Source of the DNA: Candidatus Iainarchaeum sp.
Lineage (GTDB): Archaea > Iainarchaeota > Iainarchaeia > Iainarchaeales > UBA10191
Direction: 5' to 3'
DNA length: 64,000 nt
NCBI GenBank assembly: GCA_030649735.1
Contig: JAUSFL010000044.1
Span: forward strand, 14,038-78,037
The notes below the pieces were generated by a model. That model saw nothing but the letters and a program-made list of their open reading frames with translations, had not been told where the DNA came from and ran no database searches. Positions 55,311 to 64,000 of the stretch are shown here, piece after piece (position 1 is the stretch's first letter; each line of letters starts with the position of its first letter). Both the position numbers and the translations under genes were made by a program.

Positions 55311-56752
55311 TGAACCGCCTTTTCAATCATTCTTGAAGCCTGCAATAATTGCAGTTCTTGCAGGTAATTTCCAGTAAGCATTAATCCAACCGGCATTTTT
55401 CCTTCAAAGCCTGCATTAATGCTTGCGTGAGGCAGGCCTGCAAGATTTGCCGGAACAGTGCAAAGGTCCATTGCGTAATTTTGCAATGGAGAGAGCTTTT
55501 CAATTTTTGAAAATTCTGGCGCGATTATTGGCATTGTCGGGCTTGCGAGAATTTCTGCTTTTTTGAAGGCTTGCTGGAATTCTTGAATCAATAAAGTCCT
55601 TACTTTCATTGCCTTCAGATAATACGCGTCCCTAAAGCCGCTCATTCTTGCGAAAGTTCCCAGAATTATCCTGCGTTTTGCCTCTTCTCCAAAGAATTCA
55701 GTCCTTACTTTAGTGAAGTACTCGTCAAAGCTTCCTTCAAGATTTAATGCGTTTCCATAGCGCAGCCCGCAGTATTTTGCCAGGTTTGTCGAGGATTCAG
55801 TCATTGCAACCAGGTAGTATGCTGGAATTCCGTATTTTGCGTTTAATGGAAGCGAAATTTCTTCAAGCTTTGCGCCTTCGCTTTCAAGCCTTTTCAATGC
55901 TTTCCAGACTGTTTCTGACACTTTCTTGTCAATTCCTTCGCTAAAGAATTCTTTTATAATTCCAATCTTCAATTCTTTAGGTTGTTTTTCCAAAAGCTTT
56001 GAGTATTCTTCAACTGGATTTGGCAGTGAAGTGCTGTCTTTTTCATCAATTCCTGCGATTGATTCAAGCATTAACGCCGCATCTTGGGTGTTTTTTGCCA
56101 TTGATCCTATTTTGTCAAGTGAACTCGCATAATCCATGAGTCCATAGCGTGAAACCCTGCCGTAAGTTGGAGTAAAGCCAAAGACTCCGCAAAATGAGGC
56201 AGGACATGCTATAGAGCCGCCAGTGCTTTCTGCAATTCCTGCATGGGTGTTTTCAGTCAATGCGGCAAATCCAGCGCTTCCGCCAGAGCTTCCGCCACAG
56301 CTTCTTTTCTTGTCGTATGGATTCAAAGGAATTTGGAATCCTTTTCCTACATTAGTGCTGAAAGTTCCAAACCCAAACTCGTCCTGGCTTGTTTTTCCAA
56401 TTATTATTGCGCCCTCGCGCTCAGCTCGTTCAACTGCAGTCGCGTTGAATAATGGCTTGTAAGTTTTCAAAATCGCGCTTCCCGCAGTGCTTTCGACTCC
56501 TTTCACGCAAAGGCAGTCTTTTACTGAAACTGGAATTCCGAACAATTTTCCGCTGGCTTTTCTTGCCTTGAGTTGCTTGTCAAGCTCTTTTGACTTTTGC
56601 AGTGCTTTTTCCCAGGATATTTCATTAAAGTGATGGAATTCTTTATTGGAGTTTTTTGCCTCGCTGATTATTTTTTGCGTGTTTTCTTCCACTGAAAGCT
56701 CTCCGCTAGTGAACTTTTCCTGCAATTCTAAAATTGAAAGCGCTTTTTTCAT
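55307..56752 (-). CDS. gatA: Amidotransferase subunit A (amidase signature)
   Basis: Amidase-signature Gly/Ser-rich GGSSGGSAG; ATGA start/stop overlaps with gatC and gatB. Confidence 0.9.
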   Translation of the reverse strand: MKKALSILELQEKFTSGELSVEENTQKIISEAKNSNKEFHHFNEISWEKALQKSKELDKQLKARKASGKLFGIPVSVKDCLCVKGVESTAGSAILKTYKPLFNATAVERAEREGAIIIGKTSQDEFGFGTFSTNVGKGFQIPLNPYDKKRSCGGSSGGSAGFAALTENTHAGIAESTGGSIACPASFCGVFGFTPTYGRVSRYGLMDYASSLDKIGSMAKNTQDAALMLESIAGIDEKDSTSLPNPVEEYSKLLEKQPKELKIGIIKEFFSEGIDKKVSETVWKALKRLESEGAKLEEISLPLNAKYGIPAYYLVAMTESSTNLAKYCGLRYGNALNLEGSFDEYFTKVRTEFFGEEAKRRIILGTFARMSGFRDAYYLKAMKVRTLLIQEFQQAFKKAEILASPTMPIIAPEFSKIEKLSPLQNYAMDLCTVPANLAGLPHASINAGFEGKMPVGLMLTGNYLQELQLLQASRMIEKAVQ

Positions 56753-57048
56753 TCTAAAACCACTTTTGGGCCTTTGAAGTAGCCATTTTTTGAATGCTTT
56801 GCCAATGAAAGCGCTTCCTCTTGTGAAATGCATTCTCCCGCATTGTCTTTCCTGAAAACATTCTTTACAGGCAATGGCTGGAAGGAAGGCTTTGCTTTTG
56901 AAACATCGACTTCATCAAGCCTGTCAAAGACTTCAAGAATTTCTTTCATTTGCGAAAGGAACTTTTTCACCTCGCTTTCCGAAAGCTTCAGGCGCGAGTT
57001 TTTCGCGACTTTCAGGATTAATTCTTCATCAAGCTTTAATTTAGGCAT
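56749..57048 (-). CDS. gatC: Amidotransferase subunit C
   Basis: 99-aa GatC-like protein; stop overlaps the gatA start (ATGA). Confidence 0.75.
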   Translation of the reverse strand: MPKLKLDEELILKVAKNSRLKLSESEVKKFLSQMKEILEVFDRLDEVDVSKAKPSFQPLPVKNVFRKDNAGECISQEEALSLAKHSKNGYFKGPKVVLE

Positions 57049-57107
57049 AAATAACTACAATAAAGCAAAAAAGGGTTAAAAAAGCCTTTTCACGCTAGCT
57101 TTCCTTA

Positions 57108-57548
57108 ATGAAGCACAAATTGAAAGAATGGCTATTGCGCTACGGCCCTGCTGAAGCAATTAGCATTGGAATATCCATAATTGCAGGATTGCTTGTTTTT
57201 GCGGTTTCCCGAAACAACATTGCTGTTTCTTTCATAAGCCCGTGGATTCAAAACATCGGCTTTTACTGCATAATGGCATTTAATGAATATTCCAGAATGC
57301 GAAAAAAGCACGGAAAGAATTTCAAGAACATTCATTACTGGAAAATCTTAAGGAATTTGATTATAGAATTTGGGCCTGCGGAATTCTTTGACAGTTTAAT
57401 CATCAGGCCTTTCTGGATTTTTGTTTTCACAAGCGCGCTTAATAATATCGCTTTAGGCGTGCTTGCAGGCAGCTTGCTCGCAAATGTTTCATTTTACGCG
57501 CCGACAATAGTTTCTTACGAGTTGAGGAAAAAGCACTTGAAAGATTAA
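57108..57548 (+). CDS. Four-TM membrane protein
   Basis: Hydrophobic helices. Confidence 0.4.
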   Translation: MKHKLKEWLLRYGPAEAISIGISIIAGLLVFAVSRNNIAVSFISPWIQNIGFYCIMAFNEYSRMRKKHGKNFKNIHYWKILRNLIIEFGPAEFFDSLIIRPFWIFVFTSALNNIALGVLAGSLLANVSFYAPTIVSYELRKKHLKD

Positions 57549-57561
57549 TCAAAGACTTTTT

Positions 57562-59013
57562 TTACTGCGAGTAATTCGGGGCTTCTTCAGTTATCATGAC
57601 ATCGTGCGGGTGGCTTTCTTTCAAGCCGGCGCCAGTAATCCTGACAAATTTTGCGTTCTTGCGCAGTTCTTCAATTGTTTTGCAGCCTGCATAGCCCATT
57701 CCGCTCCTCAAGCCGCCCAGCAACTGGAAAACCATTTCTGAAATGCTTCCTTTGAATGGAACAACGCCTTCAATTCCTTCAGGAACCAATTTTTTCGTGT
57801 CTTTCACGTCGCCTTGGCCGTAACGGTCTTTAGAGCCGCTTGGCATTGCGCCAATGGATCCCATTCCCCTGTATTGCTTGAATTTCCTGTTGTTCAAGAA
57901 AACAATTTTTCCAGGAGTTTCCTCGCATCCTGCAAACAGGCTTCCAATCATTACGCTTGAAGCTCCGGCAGCAATTGATTTTGTAATGTCTCCGGAATAT
58001 TTCACTCCGCCGTCTGCAATTACTGGAATTTTTTCTTTCTCGGCAATTTTTGCTACATTCATTATTGCAGTGACTTGCGGAATTCCAATTCCTGAAATTA
58101 TCCTGGTGGTACAAATGCTTCCGGGGCCGACCCCGACTTTAACCGCGTCAGCGCCTGCAGAAATCAAGTCTTCGGCCGCTTTTGACGTTGCAATGTTTCC
58201 CGCAATTATTTCGCAATTGAAAGCTTTCTTGAATCGTTTTACCGCGTCAATCACTGAAACACTGTGTCCGTGCGCAGTGTCCAATACTATGACGTCAGCC
58301 CCTTTTTCCAGTAATTGCTCAACGCGCTTGTCGTCTTTTGGGCCGACTGCAGCTCCAACAAGCAAGCGGCCTTTGGAATCCTTGTTTGAGTTGGGAAATT
58401 TTTTTTCATTGTTGACGTCAGTGCTAGTAATCAATCCTTTAAGGTTTCCTTCAGAATCAACTATCGGCAGCTTTTCAACCTTGTTTTTTCTCAAAATTTC
58501 CCTGGCTTCATCCAGCCCTACCATTCTGTTTACTGTAATCAAGTCCTTGCTCATCAGCTCTTTCGCTTTTTTGCTTTCATCATCCTCGAAGACAATGTCT
58601 CTTTTGGTGATTATTCCAACAAGCCTTTGGCCTTCGACGACTGGAAAGGCGCTAAAGCCGTGAACCAGCCTTAATGCCTTTATTTCTGCAAGGGTCATTT
58701 CTGGATTTACTGTTATTGGATGGGTGATTATTCCAGACTCAAAGCGCTTTACTCTTTCAACCTGCAGTGCCTGCTCTGAGATTGAAAGGTTTTTGTGGAT
58801 TATTCCAATTCCGCCTTCTTTTGCTATTGCAATTGCGGTTTGGAATTCTGTCACAGTGTCCATTGCGGCGCTGAGCAATGGAACATTCAATGAAATTTTT
58901 GCGGTAAGTTTGGTTTTTAATGAAGCTTCAGAAGGAAGAATTCCAGAAATAGAAGGCTCTATCAGCACGTCGTCAAAGGTTAGTGCTTCAATAATGTGGG
59001 AATCCGCGACCAT
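57562..59013 (-). CDS. guaB: IMP dehydrogenase with CBS pair
   Basis: Catalytic loop GIGPGSICTTR, two CBS domains, 483 aa. Confidence 0.92.
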   Translation of the reverse strand: MVADSHIIEALTFDDVLIEPSISGILPSEASLKTKLTAKISLNVPLLSAAMDTVTEFQTAIAIAKEGGIGIIHKNLSISEQALQVERVKRFESGIITHPITVNPEMTLAEIKALRLVHGFSAFPVVEGQRLVGIITKRDIVFEDDESKKAKELMSKDLITVNRMVGLDEAREILRKNKVEKLPIVDSEGNLKGLITSTDVNNEKKFPNSNKDSKGRLLVGAAVGPKDDKRVEQLLEKGADVIVLDTAHGHSVSVIDAVKRFKKAFNCEIIAGNIATSKAAEDLISAGADAVKVGVGPGSICTTRIISGIGIPQVTAIMNVAKIAEKEKIPVIADGGVKYSGDITKSIAAGASSVMIGSLFAGCEETPGKIVFLNNRKFKQYRGMGSIGAMPSGSKDRYGQGDVKDTKKLVPEGIEGVVPFKGSISEMVFQLLGGLRSGMGYAGCKTIEELRKNAKFVRITGAGLKESHPHDVMITEEAPNYSQ

Positions 59014-59069
59014 ACTGGTTTAGGAAAGAAATTGCTTTTAAAACTAACTTTAAGGCAATTGCAGGAAAA

Positions 59070-60833
59070 TTATTTTTCTTCCTGGATTTTAATGCGCAGT
59101 TCTTTCAGTTGCTTTTCTGAAACGCCTGCGGGGGCGTTTTCCATTAGTGCAATGCCTGACTTGTTTTTTGGGAATGCAATCACGTCGCGGATGCTTTCAG
59201 AATTTGTCAAGAGCATTAGCAAGCGGTCTATTCCAATCGCAAAGCCTCCGTGAGGCGGAGCTCCATGGCCGAATGCCGAAAGCATGAAACCGAATTTTTC
59301 CTTTGCTTCTTCCTCATTTATTCCCGCAATATTGAAAACGCGCATTTGCAATTCTGGAATGTGGATTCTGATGCTGCCTGAAGCCATTTCATAACCGTTA
59401 TAGACTAGGTCGTAAGCGCTTGATTTTGCATCCAATGGCCTTTTTTCCAGGTCTTCCAAAGGCTCTATTTTAGGCCAGGTAAACATATGATGCGTGGCAT
59501 TGTATTTTCCGTCCTCTTCGCTCCATTCAAACATTGGGAATTCCAGAACCCAAAGGAAAGCATGCTGGCTTTCGTCAATTATTTTCAGTTTTTTCCCCAA
59601 ATGATTCCTCACTTGCCCTAAAGAATTGCTTGCCACTGCATAATTGTCTGCCACTATAACTATCAAGTCGCCTTTTTCCGCATTCATTTTCTTTTTCAAT
59701 TCTTCAATTGTTTTTTCGTCAAGGAATTTTGAAATTGAGCTTTCAATTCCTTTTTCAGTGAATTTTACTGTAACCAGCCCTTTTGCCTTGTAAATTTTTG
59801 CGACTTCTTCCATTTCCTTGATGTCTTTTTGCGAAAAGATTGCACAGTTTTTCGCGTTCAAGGCGCGAATGCTTTTTTTTGCAGCAGCGGCTTTCTTGAA
59901 AATTTCAAACCCGGAGTTTTTGAAAATGTCAGTGACTGTCTCAAGTTCCAGGCCAAAGCGAACGTCTGGCTTGTCCACTCCGAATCTTTCAAGCGCTTCA
60001 ACGTAAGGCATTCTTGGAAATGGAGTTTGCAATTTTATTCCCAAAGCCTGCTCGAAAGCAAATGCCATTGCGCCTTCGGCGACTTCAAAAATGTCTTCTT
60101 CTTTCACAAAACTCATTTCAACATCCAATTGCGTGAATTCCGGCTGCCTGTCTCCGCGCAAGTCTTCATCGCGCAGGCATTTTGCAATTTGGAAATAGCG
60201 GTCGAAGCCTGCAACCATTAGCATTTGCTTGTATAATTGCGGGCTTTGCGGGAGCGCAAAAAATGTTCCTGGATTTGTCCTGCTTGGGACTAAATAATCG
60301 CGCGCTCCTTCAGGAGTTGACTTTGCCAATAATGGGGTTTCAACTTCCACAAAAGCCTGCAAGTCCATGAAGTCCCTGATTGCTTTTATGAATTTGTGGC
60401 GCAAAAAGATTTTTTGCTGGCTTTTTGGATTGCGCAAGTCCAAATACCTGTATTTTAACCGCACGTCTTCGCCGACTGGAACTCTTCCATCAATTTCGAA
60501 AGGGACTGAAGTGCAGGCATTCAATATTTCAATGCTGTCTGCAACTACTTCAATCTTTCCAGTGTTTATTTTTTCGTTTTCAGTGCCTTTAGGCCTTGCA
60601 GAGACTGTTCCGGAAATTTGTATTACAAACTCTTTTCCGACAGTTTTTGCCTGCTCGTGGACTTTCTTGTTTTGCTCTGCATTGAATACGGCTTGCGTTG
60701 TTCCGTAACGGTCACGCATTTCAAAAAAAGTCAATTCTCCATGGTCTCTGCGTTTTGCAACCCAGCCTTGCAGGATTATTTTTTTTCCAACCTGCTTTTC
60801 AGACAATTCGCCGCAAGTGTGAGTTCTTTTCAA
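59070..60833 (-). CDS. aspS: Aspartyl-tRNA synthetase, bacterial type (with GAD insertion), probably non-discriminating
   Basis: 587 aa, N-terminal OB, class II motifs ([10 protein letters not shown]; [13 protein letters not shown]), GAD-like insertion. Confidence 0.9.
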   Translation of the reverse strand: MKRTHTCGELSEKQVGKKIILQGWVAKRRDHGELTFFEMRDRYGTTQAVFNAEQNKKVHEQAKTVGKEFVIQISGTVSARPKGTENEKINTGKIEVVADSIEILNACTSVPFEIDGRVPVGEDVRLKYRYLDLRNPKSQQKIFLRHKFIKAIRDFMDLQAFVEVETPLLAKSTPEGARDYLVPSRTNPGTFFALPQSPQLYKQMLMVAGFDRYFQIAKCLRDEDLRGDRQPEFTQLDVEMSFVKEEDIFEVAEGAMAFAFEQALGIKLQTPFPRMPYVEALERFGVDKPDVRFGLELETVTDIFKNSGFEIFKKAAAAKKSIRALNAKNCAIFSQKDIKEMEEVAKIYKAKGLVTVKFTEKGIESSISKFLDEKTIEELKKKMNAEKGDLIVIVADNYAVASNSLGQVRNHLGKKLKIIDESQHAFLWVLEFPMFEWSEEDGKYNATHHMFTWPKIEPLEDLEKRPLDAKSSAYDLVYNGYEMASGSIRIHIPELQMRVFNIAGINEEEAKEKFGFMLSAFGHGAPPHGGFAIGIDRLLMLLTNSESIRDVIAFPKNKSGIALMENAPAGVSEKQLKELRIKIQEEK

Positions 60834-60930
60834 ACAAAAAACCTTTTTGAACTTTTGAATTTTGATGTAATATTGCCGAAAAGTGTTTTTTAACCTTCGG
60901 GTTAGAAATAGAGTTTAAAGCAAGTTGATT

Positions 60931-61575
60931 TTACGGCTGTCTTGGAGGATTTCTTCGCCTGTTTCTTGCTGCTTCTGCGGCCCTTCTTGCTGCTTCTGCC
61001 GCTGCTCTTCCTGAAGCAGTGACAAGTTTTTCCCTTGCTTTTGGGGACATTGCCTTCCAGGCTGCAGCGCTAATGCCTAATGCAATCCCAGTCAATGGCG
61101 AGGCTGCTCCGCCAATTGCCCCAAGCGCTGTTGCTCCAGCAACAATTTTTCCGTGATATTTTCCCTGCCTTTTTTGCCCGCTTGCAATCCGGCTTAAGGC
61201 CCAGCCCGCGGCTAAAGCCCCAGCTGCTGTCCTGATTGGCCTGTTTGCTGCATTATCGCCTACTTTACCGCCAAGCTTTGCGGCGCCAATGACAATTGAC
61301 TTGCCAGTCCTTGTAACTGGATTGTGCGCTATTGCATGGCCTGCTACCTTAATCTCTCGGCCTGCGGCATTAACAGTGCGAACATAAGGCGCTGCAACTT
61401 TCCTGACAATTGCAGGCGAATGCTGGCTTGTTCCTGCATGGTATGCCCCTACTCCGCCGCCTACAAGAGTTCCTGCAACAGCGGCTGTAATTGCAAATTT
61501 CTTTAATCTGCCCATTTTCCTTGGTTTTGGAGGCATGTAATTATTGTAATTTAAGATATATTTAATACTTGACAA
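60931..61575 (-). CDS. Gly/Ala-rich hypothetical protein
   Basis: Low-complexity GA-rich ORF. Confidence 0.35.
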   Translation of the reverse strand: MSSIKYILNYNNYMPPKPRKMGRLKKFAITAAVAGTLVGGGVGAYHAGTSQHSPAIVRKVAAPYVRTVNAAGREIKVAGHAIAHNPVTRTGKSIVIGAAKLGGKVGDNAANRPIRTAAGALAAGWALSRIASGQKRQGKYHGKIVAGATALGAIGGAASPLTGIALGISAAAWKAMSPKAREKLVTASGRAAAEAARRAAEAARNRRRNPPRQP

Positions 61576-61617
61576 TTTGACAAACCAGTTTTTGAAGGCT
61601 GAAAAAAGCCATTATTT

Positions 61618-63006
61618 CTAAGCGCATCTTGAAGGCGCATTGTTGATTTTTTGCCAAATTACATTCAGGCTTGGCTTTTGCGAGGCAGTTGCGTCATTCC
61701 TATAAAATCCCGCATTCACAACCCATGACGATTTGTCCCAAAAAGTCCAAAAATTCAGGTAGGAAACGCTGCGGTTTGCAAAGGCGAATTCTGCAATGCT
61801 TCCATAATAATTTGCCTGGCATCCTTCCTGATAGCCCCAGTCAGGCCTGCTTGCACAGCCTGAAAAAGAATCGCTTCCAGCGTCAAGCTCTGTTATTGCA
61901 ATCTTTTTTCCAGTATTTGCAGCCCACCAACTCAAGTGCCCGCCTTCGTACGATGCAGTAAAGCTATTCTTGAAATGATATTGGAATCCAATCTGATCTA
62001 CTATTGCACCATAATTTGCGGTCAAATCATTAATCCAATTGTTTAAGCTCACAATCTTTTCATTGTATGGGTCTTCAACCCCGTACTCATTGACAATGAG
62101 AATTATGCCGGGGTCTGATGCTTTTATCAGCTTGGAAATTTCCGCAGCAAAACCTAAAAAGCCGCTGTAGCCGCACTTGTCTTGATAGACAAAGTCATGG
62201 CCTATTGGCTCGTTGACCAAGTCCCAATACTGGATTTTTCCCTTGTACCTGTTCAAAACAGTCGTGACATAAGTCCTGTACGCGTCTTTCAGTTGCTCGC
62301 AGTTCAATCCATTGACCCATAAGGGGTTTTGCGAATACCATATTGGAGCGTGGACTTTCACTTCAATATTGTTATCATAAGCGAAATTCATTATTGCATC
62401 AGCTGCAGTAAAATCAAAAGAATCCTTGTTGTAAGGTTGTACTGAACCCCACTTTAGCTCGTTTTCTGGAGTTATTATTGTCGCAAAATTATTCATTCTT
62501 TTCCTGTAAATTCTTGCAGACTCGCTGTCTGCATAACTGCCTGGCACCATCAAATGATACTGCATTATTGCGCCTACTTTAATGCATTTTTCCCTCGCAA
62601 TGTCTGAAATGCTTTTCTGGCAGGCTGCAACTCCAGAATAGTCAACTATGCAGCTTTGCTTGTAATTGCATATTGCGCCATTAGGCCCACAGTTTTCTGG
62701 GCTGTCAAGAATGCACTTGCCTGAAGCATTGTCCAAAACAAATCCTTGCGCGCATGCAATGCAGCTTGTCCCGATTTTGTCTGCAACTGCCCGCAAATCC
62801 ATGATGTTAATTGCGCCGTCATCGGTAATGTCAAAAGCAAGGTCATTTTCATTGATTGCTTTCACAATCCTTACAAGATCCAAAACACTAATGACTCCAT
62901 CATTCTTTGCATCAGGGCATTCTGTAGAGAACGCCAAGGCAGCAGGCAAGGCAGCAATGAAAAAAAGCAGGACAAGGAATTCCTTAATCATAATAAAATA
63001 ATTCAT
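61618..63006 (-). CDS. Secreted GH10-family glycoside hydrolase with N-terminal dockerin-like repeats
   Basis: Signal peptide; two DxNxDGxIxxxDL repeats (NDGVISVLDLVRIVKAI; DDGAINIMDLRAVADKI); GH10 motifs WDLVNEP and ITELD. Confidence 0.65.
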   Translation of the reverse strand: MNYFIMIKEFLVLLFFIAALPAALAFSTECPDAKNDGVISVLDLVRIVKAINENDLAFDITDDGAINIMDLRAVADKIGTSCIACAQGFVLDNASGKCILDSPENCGPNGAICNYKQSCIVDYSGVAACQKSISDIAREKCIKVGAIMQYHLMVPGSYADSESARIYRKRMNNFATIITPENELKWGSVQPYNKDSFDFTAADAIMNFAYDNNIEVKVHAPIWYSQNPLWVNGLNCEQLKDAYRTYVTTVLNRYKGKIQYWDLVNEPIGHDFVYQDKCGYSGFLGFAAEISKLIKASDPGIILIVNEYGVEDPYNEKIVSLNNWINDLTANYGAIVDQIGFQYHFKNSFTASYEGGHLSWWAANTGKKIAITELDAGSDSFSGCASRPDWGYQEGCQANYYGSIAEFAFANRSVSYLNFWTFWDKSSWVVNAGFYRNDATASQKPSLNVIWQKINNAPSRCA

Positions 63007-63045
63007 TGATTATATAAATATCTCATGCCTAAAAATGCTTCCAAA

Positions 63046-64000
63046 CTAAGCAGGCCTGCACGCGGGAGTTGTCCCAAGCATGCTTGAAATTGCCTTCATT
63101 CGCAAGTCATTAGAGCCAGTAATGTTAGAACTGTCCCAGACTTCAACTCCTTTCATCTCGTGGTCTAGAACAAATTGTATTTCCGATCTTGCCCTGGCTT
63201 CATCTTTAATGTAAGCGCCCTCATCAAAGTAAAAACCCAGGCCATTAATTATTTTGGAAGCCGGAACTCCTGCAGCAGTCAACTCGCTGAAATATGGCTG
63301 GACAACAGTTTCATAATCCATTGTGTTTACTGAATCAACGTAAGGACTTATTTGGACTATTGAATCTACAGTCACGTCACAGCAGATATCAATCAGCAGT
63401 AAAGGCCTTGGAGTGATTTTGTTGAATTCTGTGCGCAAGTCTTTCATGGTTTGCACTAAATTTGGGTTGTTCACTTCGTCTTCCCAGTCCATTGTTATTC
63501 CGTCATAGCCGTAATCTCTTACAGCAGTTGTTATTTGCTGGACGAATTTTGCCCTATTTGAATTTTTCGTTGCCCCATTGAATTCCGGCCCATAACCCCA
63601 GCCGCCAACAACCAGAATTGCCAAGTCATTTTTGCTATGCGCTGTTTGGGCAAAATTGCGCGCTGTTTGCGCATCCATGCCGCCTAAATTTGTGGAGCCG
63701 TTTGCTTGCGGCTCTAAGTTGAAGTGGAAAAAAATATTGAAATTATCATAATGGTATTGCTGGAGGTCCGGAGTCCAAGTAGGATGCGATAATATGCGCC
63801 ATTTTCCGCAATTTCCAGAACTGTCAATAATGCAATTTGTTCCGCTTTCATCAAGCACTAATCCTTGCGCGCATGCAGTGCAGCTTGCTCCAATTTTGTC
63901 CGCGACAGCCTGCAAGTCTTGAACGTCTATTTTATTGTCTCCAGTCAAATCATAAGCAATGTCATTTTGGTTCATTGCTTTCACTAGTCTTACAATGTCT
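63046..64000 (-). CDS. GH18-family (chitinase-like) protein with dockerin-like repeat (5'-partial; continues beyond the window)
   Basis: DGITMDWED (DGxDxDWE) GH18 motif; N-terminal YDLTGDNKIDVQDLQAVADKIG dockerin-like repeat and a Cys-rich linker shared with the GH10 protein. Confidence 0.6.
   Translation of the reverse strand, partial: DIVRLVKAMNQNDIAYDLTGDNKIDVQDLQAVADKIGASCTACAQGLVLDESGTNCIIDSSGNCGKWRILSHPTWTPDLQQYHYDNFNIFFHFNLEPQANGSTNLGGMDAQTARNFAQTAHSKNDLAILVVGGWGYGPEFNGATKNSNRAKFVQQITTAVRDYGYDGITMDWEDEVNNPNLVQTMKDLRTEFNKITPRPLLLIDICCDVTVDSIVQISPYVDSVNTMDYETVVQPYFSELTAAGVPASKIINGLGFYFDEGAYIKDEARARSEIQFVLDHEMKGVEVWDSSNITGSNDLRMKAISSMLGTTPACRPA

Noticed and set aside
1-64000. rRNA genes, RNase P RNA, SRP RNA
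   Set aside because: No long non-coding stretch with the requisite conserved cores was seen; all large intergenic regions are AT-rich spacers or the repeat block.

Overview
Low-GC archaeal chromosomal segment, probably from a small-genome DPANN-like lineage: archaeal-type ProRS, GatDE, ATP-dependent DNA ligase and a candidate C/D-box sRNA sit alongside bacterial-type AspRS, PanD, LdcA and dockerin enzymes. Housekeeping content is translation-centred: serS, proS, aspS, the gatD-nudix-gatE and gatCAB operons, guaB, hom, lig, a dtxR-feoB iron operon, rnhB, a TatD nuclease and two tRNAs. The accessory content is unusual. (1) A ~13 kb element is integrated into the 3' end of tRNA-Gln(UUG) (37177-50196, 17-bp direct repeats). 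It carries a tyrosine integrase interrupted by an in-frame TGA and an unusual cargo operon: two radical-SAM/SPASM paralogs, a class-III aminotransferase, an IMPase-family phosphatase, a CDP-alcohol phosphatidyltransferase, an ICMT/PEMT-like membrane methyltransferase, a Zn-ADH, DUF362 and a P-loop kinase. I read this as a candidate novel polar-lipid headgroup (amino-polyol/cyclitol) pathway. The element also has a repeat-dense AT-rich non-coding block and a GHKL-ATPase/STAS-like pair. (2) A short element, consensus AAAGAGTTAGGCACTACAA, occurs 13 times. It sits at gene boundaries and supplies stop codons; direct copies flank cassette-like ORFs including a bacterial-type panD downstream of gatE, and a decayed copy of the gatE sequence around the motif lies next to one copy. 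(3) GatB carries a ~170-aa YbaK/ProX-type aminoacyl-tRNA deacylase domain inserted into its N-terminal Cys4 loop. Two solitary tnpB genes, a frameshifted GNAT, dockerin-bearing GH10/GH18 enzymes and a probable DtxR operator are also present. All calls come from reading the sequence and ORF translations; no database searches were run.
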